A stretch of DNA of 27,612 nucleotides from Candidatus Zixiibacteriota bacterium. Lineage in GTDB: Bacteria; Zixibacteria; MSB-5A5; DSPP01; RBG-1. The notes beneath the pieces are model-generated. The model did no database searches. It was given only the letters and a program-made list of their open reading frames with translations, and was not told the DNA's origin. How positions within the stretch are numbered: the stretch's first letter is position 1; every line of letters starts with the position of its first letter. The translations under genes were made by a program, and so were the position numbers. Below, piece after piece: positions 1-5,681 of this stretch. The stretch covers positions 1 through 27,612 of the forward strand of contig JBIOYE010000160.1 of assembly GCA_044870015.1 (NCBI GenBank), in the 5' to 3' direction.

Positions 1-1610
1 AAACAACAGGTGGCTGGCTGGGGCGGAGGTCCGTCTTTGAAGACGTAATTGACTAAATAAATTACATCTGCGATGGTGACAAAATTATCATTATTGGCAT
101 CTCCGTCGCATTTTTCGGGAACGGGTCCGGGGCCGCCTTTGAAGACGTAATTGGTGAGATAGATTATGTCGGGTAAAGTGATTTGTCCGTTGCCATTGGG
201 GTCGCCTCTTTTGGTTGTGCCGCAGTTGACTGTGATTTGGACGGTTTCGCTGTCACAGGCGACTGTGTCGCAGGCGGTAAAAATGACATAATATGTCCCG
301 CTCTGGGTGTAGGAGGGAGTGAATGTGAAGACGCCGGAGCCGTTGCCGGAGTCGTAGAAGGAGGAGTTAGGAGGGAGGGTGAGGGCGGAGAGAGTGGGAA
401 GTCCCTGGCAATTACCGAAAGTTGTAATTCTAAGATTTAAACTCTCACTTTCAACAACAGATACCGGAGATAAGGACTTTAATAAGGTATGCGGTTGACA
501 AAACACATTGATTAGGACTGAAATCTGACCATTGGGTTCATCGGCAGCAGCTAAATCCATATCTCCGTCTAAGTCTAAATCAGCTGCAACAACCCAGTGA
601 ATACCTCCTCCCATCACATAGTCAACTCTTCCTGAGAAACTACCAGTACCATTGTTTTTCCATATAGAAATAATTGGACTCCCATCATGCGAGATAGCAA
701 TATCAAGATCTCCATCTCCATCAAAATCTGAAGCAAAGGCCTTGCTCGGGTTGTTTGCAGTAACATAGTTCACTCTCTCAGAAAATGTGCCATCTCCATT
801 GTTCTTTAGAACTGAAAATGTGTGTTCTGAATTATTCGGAACTATTAAATCTTGGTCGCCATCAAAATCAATGTCAGCTACATCAATAGGGTGAGGGCCA
901 CTTCCAACGGCATAGTCAACTTTCCCAATAAAAGTCCCATCACCATTATTTTTTAATACCGAAATATAGCCACTGCAATAACTCCCAGAGGCCAAATCTC
1001 TATCTCCGTCTGAATCCAAATCAGAAGCTATGACTGAATTGCCGCAACCACTAGTTCCGTATTCGATTTTAGTGGCAAAAGTTCCATCACCATTATTCAG
1101 TAAAACGGCGATTGCTGGGCTGTAGTTGGTGACGGCGAGATCTTGGTCTCCGTCTAAGTCTAAGTCTGCAATATACACGTCAACTGGTTCAGGACCTACC
1201 CCATAGTCCACCTTCACAGAAAAAGTTCCATCTCCATTATTACTGAAAATAGAAACTGATGCACTTTGCCAATTTGCAACTGCTAAATCCTTATCTATGT
1301 CGCCATCCAAATCTGATGAAAATACAAATCTTGGATAGCTTGCTGTTGGATAATCCACTTTTGTTGAAAAAGTACCATCCCCATTGTTTTTTAAAATTGA
1401 GACGTTGTCGCTATAAGAGTTTGGAACTGCCAAATCTAAGTCTCCGTCTCCATCCAAATCTGATGCAAAAAGGCAGTCGGGATTATTCCCAACAGGATAG
1501 TCCATTCTAGGTGCAAATGGTATCGAATCTGGATTTTGAGAAAAAGCAATATGAAAAGAAGCCAAAAGAAAAATAAGAACAACAACCACTCCAATAGCAG
1601 ATTTTTTCAA
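1..1610 (-). CDS. Secreted FG-GAP/VCBS-like repeat (about 7-blade beta-propeller) protein with Ig-like linker and C-terminal tandem dockerin/EF-hand-like domain; 3' end runs off the window
   Basis: Manual translation, open from TTG at 1610 (SD-like AAGGGGAG upstream) to base 1. Signal peptide MKKSAIGVVVLIFLLASFHIAFS. Seven D-(L/F/I)-D-x-D-G/x-D-x-D repeats, most followed by NNG(D/T)G(T/S)F. C-terminus GDPNGNGQITLPDIIYLTNYVFKGGPGP...GDANNDNFVTIADVIYLVNYVFKDGPPPQPATCC. Absent from the ORF track because there is no stop in the window. Confidence 0.9.
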   Translation of the reverse strand, partial: MKKSAIGVVVVLIFLLASFHIAFSQNPDSIPFAPRMDYPVGNNPDCLFASDLDGDGDLDLAVPNSYSDNVSILKNNGDGTFSTKVDYPTASYPRFVFSSDLDGDIDKDLAVANWQSASVSIFSNNGDGTFSVKVDYGVGPEPVDVYIADLDLDGDQDLAVTNYSPAIAVLLNNGDGTFATKIEYGTSGCGNSVIASDLDSDGDRDLASGSYCSGYISVLKNNGDGTFIGKVDYAVGSGPHPIDVADIDFDGDQDLIVPNNSEHTFSVLKNNGDGTFSERVNYVTANNPSKAFASDFDGDGDLDIAISHDGSPIISIWKNNGTGSFSGRVDYVMGGGIHWVVAADLDLDGDMDLAAADEPNGQISVLINVFCQPHTLLKSLSPVSVVESESLNLRITTFGNCQGLPTLSALTLPPNSSFYDSGNGSGVFTFTPSYTQSGTYYVIFTACDTVACDSETVQITVNCGTTKRGDPNGNGQITLPDIIYLTNYVFKGGPGPVPEKCDGDANNDNFVTIADVIYLVNYVFKDGPPPQPATCC

Positions 1611-1661
1611 CTTTTTAACTCCCCTTTTAATAGGTTTACACTATCCCGTAGGGACAACTCC

Positions 1662-1690
1662 AATCTACCCAAAAATCTTCCCCCTGTCAA
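1662..1690 (-). promoter_or_regulatory. sigma70-type promoter of the FG-GAP gene
   Basis: TTGACA (1690-1685), 17-nt spacer, TAGATT (1667-1662), about 50 nt upstream of the TTG start. Confidence 0.7.
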
Positions 1691-1716
1691 TCACTTTTTA
1701 ACCGATTTTCTGACGC

Positions 1717-1907
1717 GTAGGGGCGGACTTTATGTCCGCCCGACCTTTTTGGGTGGAGGCAAGCTCCACCCCTACGCGATTTCCCGACAACCCGCGTAGG
1801 GGCGGAGTTCATCTCCGCCCGCTTCAAGGGAGGAGACAAGCTCCTCCCCGACGCGACACCTTTTCCTTGCTTCTACCTCCGCGTAGGGGCGGATTTTATA
1901 TCCGCCC
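1717..1907. repeat. Cluster of five GTAG-type REP hairpins (set 1) downstream of RAYT
   Basis: 1717-1741 (+), 1751-1775 (-), 1796-1820 (+), 1828-1852 (-, GTCG variant), 1883-1907 (+). Each is GTAG + 8-bp stem + 5-nt loop, e.g. GTAG-GGGCGGAC-TTTAT-GTCCGCCC. Confidence 0.92.
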
Positions 1908-2331
1908 GCCTTTTTTTAATTTCCAACGCCAAAGGATTATTCAAAACATAATTCATCTTCTCCAAAAAATCCTTTTCATTCCTAATAACATGCTCATAAA
2001 ACCCTCTTTGCCAAATTCTATTTTTATTCCCCTTCAATCTAAAATCGTATGCGACCAACGACTTGAAAACTTGAACTATTTTGGACAAACTAAAAGAATT
2101 GTCTTCCGGCAAAGTAACAATCAGATGCAGGTGGTCTGGCATAACTACATATGCATTCACAGTAATCGAGAAGCGTTTTTCTATGTTTTCAATATTTCTT
2201 ACCAGAATTTGCTTTAACAGTTTATTCTCAAAAAATGACTTTTTCTCCCGACAACCTATGGTTACAAAATATGCACCTTCTTTTTTGTAATCGAAATCTT
2301 TTAATCTTAGAGAGTTTCTTCGTCGATACAT
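1873..2331 (-). CDS. rayT: REP-associated tyrosine transposase (RAYT / TnpA-REP, IS200/IS605 Y1 HUH family)
   Basis: RRNSLRLKDFDY N-terminus, YFVTI, HUH motif VMPDHLHLI, WQRGFYEHVIRNE and NYVLNNP with the catalytic Tyr, flanking REPs. ATG at 2331 is preferred over the track start at 2373, which lies inside a REP. Confidence 0.92.
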   Translation of the reverse strand: MYRRRNSLRLKDFDYKKEGAYFVTIGCREKKSFFENKLLKQILVRNIENIEKRFSITVNAYVVMPDHLHLIVTLPEDNSFSLSKIVQVFKSLVAYDFRLKGNKNRIWQRGFYEHVIRNEKDFLEKMNYVLNNPLALEIKKRRADIKSAPTRR

Positions 2332-2354
2332 TTTTGACCCTGGTACCATTTTTC

Positions 2355-2424
2355 GGGTGGAGGCAAGCTCCACCCCTACGCGATTTCCTGCTGACCCGCG
2401 TAGGGGCGGAGTTCATCTCCGCCC
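2355..2424. repeat. Two GTAG-type REP hairpins (set 1) upstream of RAYT
   Basis: 2355-2379 (-) and 2400-2424 (+). 2355-2427 matches 1751-1823 at 69 of 73 positions. Confidence 0.92.
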
Positions 2425-2425
2425 G

Positions 2426-3259
2426 CTATAAAACTCTTTTCAGAATCAAAAGCAAAATCAGAATAGCTAAGGCAAGATAAAACCACCTCCACATAATTAT
2501 ATCCCCCAAACGCAGCCATAATGCGTTTAACTTCGCTAAAATGGCAACGAATACCGGAAATGTGTAGACCGGAAAGCCCAACCAGAGACAGTAGCAGACC
2601 GCTCGAGCTACTTTCTCAGGGGAAATTTTGGGGGATAAACGAATAGTAGCCGGGAGATATTTCTGAGGTGTATTCTGTTCATTCCAAAATTCAGTTTTAA
2701 TCGAACCCGGATGCAGACAGGAAACTTTGACACCCGTGAATCGTAGCTCGCGATATAACGCTTCCGAAAGACCGGTAACAGCAAACTTGGAGGCGCTGTA
2801 CCCGCTAGTCACCGATAAAGCGAACTTGCCAGTGCCGGAAGAGATATTGATAATGTGACCTTTTTTATTAGCCAGCATGCTTGGTAAGATAGCTCTGATA
2901 AAGTTATAGGTCCCCCAATAGTTGGTTTCCATCATTTTTTGATGCTCTTGATTGGAAATTTCCAAAAACGGCTTCCAGACCCCGAACCCAGCCGAGTTCA
3001 CTAAAATTTGAACCGGTCCCAATTCTTGAATAACGGTTTGAACCGCAGATTTTACTTGATTAGAATCTGTCACGTCACATGCCACAACTAATACCTTCAC
3101 CCCCAATTTTTCCGCTTGACGGGCCACATCTTCCAGCTTATCGCGCTCTCTGGCAACCAGCGCCAGATTAACCCCATATTTTGCCAATCTCAAAGCTACA
3201 GCTTTGCCGACCCCTCTTGAAGCACCGGTGATGATTGCTGTCTTACCTTTAATTTTCAT
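2426..3259 (-). CDS. Short-chain dehydrogenase/reductase (classical SDR) with hydrophobic C-terminal tail
   Basis: TGASRGVG cofactor motif, NSAG, catalytic YSASK. ATG at 3259 has GGAG upstream, so it is preferred over 3277. Confidence 0.9.
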   Translation of the reverse strand: MKIKGKTAIITGASRGVGKAVALRLAKYGVNLALVARERDKLEDVARQAEKLGVKVLVVACDVTDSNQVKSAVQTVIQELGPVQILVNSAGFGVWKPFLEISNQEHQKMMETNYWGTYNFIRAILPSMLANKKGHIINISSGTGKFALSVTSGYSASKFAVTGLSEALYRELRFTGVKVSCLHPGSIKTEFWNEQNTPQKYLPATIRLSPKISPEKVARAVCYCLWLGFPVYTFPVFVAILAKLNALWLRLGDIIMWRWFYLALAILILLLILKRVL

Positions 3260-3294
3260 ATTGTAATCTCCTGACAAATTTTTTATCCAAAATT

Positions 3295-3323
3295 TAATTA
3301 GCTAAAAATCTTCAAGATGTCAA
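3295..3323 (-). promoter_or_regulatory. Putative promoter of the SDR gene, near-copy of the FG-GAP promoter
   Basis: TTGACA (3323-3318), 17 nt, TAATTA (weak -10). Flanks and spacer are shared with 1671-1700. Confidence 0.45.
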
Positions 3324-3334
3324 TCACTTTTTAG

Positions 3335-3363
3335 TTGACAAACCCACCTCCCCACCCTATATT
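3335..3363 (+). promoter_or_regulatory. sigma70-type promoter of the small zinc-ribbon gene
   Basis: TTGACA (3335-3340), 17 nt, TATATT (3358-3363). Confidence 0.8.
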
Positions 3364-3435
3364 CAAGCAAAATTTATGGATAAAACCATAAACTAACAAA
3401 ATCTCCCCGACTTTGTCGGGGATAAAGGAGGCAAA

Positions 3436-3585
3436 ATGCCAGCAGCCGTAAAAGCGTACTGTGTCAAGTGCAAAGCCAAACGGGAAATGAAAAACCCCAA
3501 AGCCATCACCATGAAAAACAAAAGAAAGGCCATGAAAGGTACCTGTCCCAAGTGCGGTACCGGAATGTTCCGAATCGGCGGATAA
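3436..3585 (+). CDS. 49-aa lysine-rich CxxC...CxxC zinc-ribbon protein (DUF5679-like)
   Basis: MPAAVKAYCVKCKAKREMKNPKAITMKNKRKAMKGTCPKCGTGMFRIGG*. SD AAGGAGG 4 nt before ATG, own promoter and terminator-like hairpin. Family assignment is from recall of the YCVKCK...GTCPxCG...MFRIG pattern. Confidence 0.88.
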   Translation: MPAAVKAYCVKCKAKREMKNPKAITMKNKRKAMKGTCPKCGTGMFRIGG

Positions 3586-3588
3586 CAA

Positions 3589-3614
3589 CCCCTATTTTAG
3601 GTAGGGGATTTTTA
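3589..3614 (+). terminator. Putative intrinsic terminator after the zinc-ribbon gene
   Basis: CCCCTA/TAGGGG stem followed by ATTTTTT, 3 nt after the stop. Confidence 0.5.
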
Positions 3615-3629
3615 TTTTAGAATATAACT

Positions 3630-3655
3630 GTAGCGCCCCGATTTTATCGGGGCGC
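3630..3655 (+). repeat. REP-like hairpin, set 2 (singlet)
   Basis: GTAG-CGCCCCGA-TTTTA-TCGGGGCG. Confidence 0.75.
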
Positions 3656-3712
3656 TTGTTATTATTTGTAACCTTGATTATAACCGTTCCCTTACTTAGA
3701 TGAGGGAACTTT

Positions 3713-3764
3713 GTAACGCCCTACTTTATGTAGGGCGTGCGTCCCGTGTAAAACGGGACGTTAC
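3713..3764. repeat. REP-like doublet, set 2
   Basis: GTAA-CGCCCTAC-TTTAT-GTAGGGCG nearly abutting an inverted GTAA-CGTCCCGT-TTTAC-ACGGGACG. Confidence 0.8.
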
Positions 3765-3826
3765 ATTTTAAGCCCCCTAACTCTCCCCCTTTTAGGAGAG
3801 GGTTCTTACTCCCTAATCCCTAAATA

Positions 3827-3900
3827 TACCCCCGGGGAGGTTCGAACTCCCAACCTTCAGCTCCGGAGGCTGCTGCTCTATCCAATTGAGCTACGGGGGC
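3827..3900 (-). tRNA. tRNA-Arg (anticodon CCG), CCA not encoded
   Basis: GCCCCCG acceptor stem, D arm GCTC-AATTGGATA-GAGC, anticodon loop CT-CCG-GA, T arm GGGAG-TTCGAAC-CTCCC, discriminator A. Confidence 0.95.
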
Positions 3901-3993
3901 AAATTTTCAATTCAACAGAATATACGGAATTTGGACAATTCAAACAAGATTTATATTTGGTCTCTAAATTTAAAAAGGATTAGGGAGGGTTTT

Positions 3994-4045
3994 GTAGCGC
4001 CCCGTTTTATACGGGGCGTGCGTCCTATGTAAAATGGAACACTAC
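3994..4045. repeat. REP-like doublet, set 2 (second copy)
   Basis: GTAG-CGCCCCGT-TTTAT-ACGGGGCG plus inverted, degenerate GTAG-TGTTCCAT-TTTAC-ATAGGACG. Same 52-nt length and same TTT/ATTTT flanks as 3713-3764. Confidence 0.8.
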
Positions 4046-4057
4046 ATTTTGATACAA

Positions 4058-4084
4058 ACAAAAAGCCCCGACTTGCTCGGGGCT
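4058..4084 (-). terminator. Intrinsic terminator of the cold-shock gene
   Basis: AGCCCCGA-GCAAG-TCGGGGCT followed by TTTTGTTTG, 24 nt after the stop. Confidence 0.75.
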
Positions 4085-4108
4085 AAAACTGCATTATTTT
4101 CAGTTTTC

Positions 4109-4312
4109 TTAGGCTTTGGTCACCTTAGTAGCTTGAGGACCTTTGGGACCCTCGGTCAGCTCGTAGGAGACGGTATCCCCTTCCTTTAAGGTTTTGAAAC
4201 CATTACCCTCAATCGAGGAATAATGGACAAAAACCTCCTTACCACCCTCATTGGGCACGATGAAACCATATCCTTTGGCTTCATCAAACCATTTCACTTT
4301 ACCTTGAGGCAA
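4109..4312 (-). CDS. cspA: Cold-shock domain protein (CspA family)
   Basis: GKVKWF, RNP-1 KGYGFI, RNP-2 [16 protein letters not shown] at 4312 gives 67 aa with AGGTGGTGA upstream. GTG at 4324 is the alternative. Confidence 0.95.
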   Translation of the reverse strand: MPQGKVKWFDEAKGYGFIVPNEGGKEVFVHYSSIEGNGFKTLKEGDTVSYELTEGPKGPQATKVTKA

Positions 4313-4351
4313 AACACTCACCACCTTTCACTAGGTTAAAACGTTAAAAGT

Positions 4352-4416
4352 AAAAAACCACTTGGCTTAGAAGCTTTGGGCTTGAAAGCTCAAGTGGTTT
4401 CCGTAAAACTCACTTA
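4352..4416 (-). promoter_or_regulatory. Putative terminator/antiterminator switch in the csp 5' leader
   Basis: Terminator AAACCACTTG...CAAGTGGTTT(TTT), 10-bp stem plus inner AGCTTT/AAAGCT stem. Upstream AAGTGAGTTTT can pair with the same 5' arm. Confidence 0.55.
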
Positions 4417-4496
4417 TCTGACTCTTTAATAATTAACACGGAAATTCGTCTACAATTCATTAATTATAAGCTTATTTCTTCAATCTGAATGCCTTA

Positions 4497-4524
4497 ATTA
4501 TAATCATTATTTGTTTAAAGTCAA
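4497..4524 (-). promoter_or_regulatory. Promoter of the csp gene, giving a leader of about 180 nt
   Basis: TTGACT (4524-4519), 16 nt, TATAAT (4502-4497). Confidence 0.65.
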
Positions 4525-4562
4525 TAGCCAATATCTATATTTTCGACAGAATTTTACAAAAA

Positions 4563-5057
4563 TTAATTCTTTATTTCCACAATTTCTCCCCAGATTTCCT
4601 CCTGGTCGATATTGAGTGTGCCGTAACTGGGTAAACCGGTGTTTTTATTGCCGGATAAACTGCCTGGATTGAACATCAGGCAGTTTTCGAGCTTCTGGTT
4701 ATAAGGGGTATGGGAGTGACCGAAAACTATCACATCCAGATTCCGGTTGACTTTGTCGTAAACTTTTCTCTCCAGATTATCCGGGGCGCCATAGCCGTGA
4801 TAAATCCCAATTTTTTTCCCTTCCAGTTGGAAAATCTCTATTTCCGGCAGAATTTTCTTAACCCTTCCCTCATCCATATTCCCCCACACCGCGTAAACTT
4901 TTCCCAATTTCTGAAGCTCCTGCAAAACCTCCAGATTGGTAAAATCTCCGGCATGCACTATGATATCTTCCGGGCTGACCTGCTTTACAAACTGGGGAGG
5001 TAATTTCTGAGCCCTTTCGGGAATATGGGTGTCAGAAATCACCAGAATCCTCTTCAT
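4563..5057 (-). CDS. YfcE/Vps29-like metallophosphoesterase
   Basis: Calcineurin-like motifs SDTH, HAGD, GNMD, HG, GHSH, NPGS. Confidence 0.9.
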   Translation of the reverse strand: MKRILVISDTHIPERAQKLPPQFVKQVSPEDIIVHAGDFTNLEVLQELQKLGKVYAVWGNMDEGRVKKILPEIEIFQLEGKKIGIYHGYGAPDNLERKVYDKVNRNLDVIVFGHSHTPYNQKLENCLMFNPGSLSGNKNTGLPSYGTLNIDQEEIWGEIVEIKN

Positions 5058-5149
5058 CTGTTTTTCTTCTTGTGACGTAACCTTCTTCTCATTTTCCGGC
5101 GCTTATGAGTTTTGATTTTTTTTCTTTTTCTCTTTTTCCCTGAGGGCAT
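5054..5149 (-). CDS. 31-aa basic peptide, AURKAIP1/COX24 (mS38/bS22-like) family
   Basis: MPSGKKRKRKKIKTHKRRKMRRRLRHKKKNR*. SD GGAGGTG at 5160-5154. The stop overlaps the phosphoesterase start (ATGA). Confidence 0.85.
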   Translation of the reverse strand: MPSGKKRKRKKIKTHKRRKMRRRLRHKKKNR

Positions 5150-5160
5150 TTTTCACCTCC

Positions 5161-5268
5161 TTTATGTCGAACGTAGTTGAGACATTTTATGTCGAGTTTA
5201 TTCGAGACCTCTTTTTCAAGTTTGGTGGTTCGGCTGGCTCACCATAAATCGAGACATTTGTGTCGAGC
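5161..5268. repeat. Degenerate GTCGA...TCGAGAC / TTCGACAAGCTCACC-like palindromic repeats
   Basis: Tandem TTTATGTCGAACGTAGTTGAGAC and TTTATGTCGAGTTTATTCGAGAC, then TTCGGCTGGCTCACC and TCGAGACATTTGTGTCGAG. Confidence 0.5.
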
Positions 5269-5303
5269 TAATGGTTGGGCTGGTTCAGCATATCTTAAAA
5301 ACT

Positions 5304-5585
5304 TTAGCTTTGCTTTATAATCAGACTTTTAAATTCATTGGAAGGTTTAAACACCGGAACTTTGCGGTCCGGCACCGGAACTTCTTCTCCGGTGCGGGGG
5401 TTTCTGGCTTTGCGGGCTTTGCGGGCTTTGATCTTGAAAGTTCCGAAACCTCTGATTTCGATGTTGTTGCCGTTTTCTAATGTTTTTTTGACTGCTTCTA
5501 AAAATTCGTCGACCACCGCGGCCACATCCGATCTGGTCAGCCCGGTTTTGCTGGCCACCATCTCCACCAAATCAGCTTTGGTCAT
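5304..5585 (-). CDS. HU/IHF family DNA-binding protein (IHF-beta-like)
   Basis: MTKADLV start, IEIRGFGTF, ARNPRTG, VPVFKPS. SD AAGGAG. Confidence 0.95.
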   Translation of the reverse strand: MTKADLVEMVASKTGLTRSDVAAVVDEFLEAVKKTLENGNNIEIRGFGTFKIKARKARKARNPRTGEEVPVPDRKVPVFKPSNEFKSLIIKQS

Positions 5586-5681
5586 AAAAAACTCTCCTTT
5601 GCTTAATGTTAAGGTAACAGGCTTGATACATCGCCATCCCTTTGGGATAAGATAAAATCTTTTTTGGGATAATCAAATATT

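Noticed and set aside
1717-1907. Possible CRISPR array
   Set aside because: Repeats alternate in orientation, spacers are short and uneven (about 7-30 nt), there are no cas genes, and the adjacent RAYT explains them as REPs.
3331-3588. Track ORF MLSADSEHSG... labelled +
   Set aside because: The translation actually reads from the minus strand and is the shadow of the real plus-strand 49-aa zinc-ribbon gene at 3436-3585.
3800-3900. Prophage or island attachment site at tRNA-Arg
   Set aside because: No integrase and no duplicate of the tRNA 3' end in the window.
4563-5149. Fusion of the basic peptide to the phosphoesterase
   Set aside because: Base-by-base reading puts them in different frames with a TGA overlapping the ATG.
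5404-5430. Short tandem repeat GCTTTGCGG in the HU/IHF gene
   Set aside because: It simply encodes the KARKARKAR arm of the protein.
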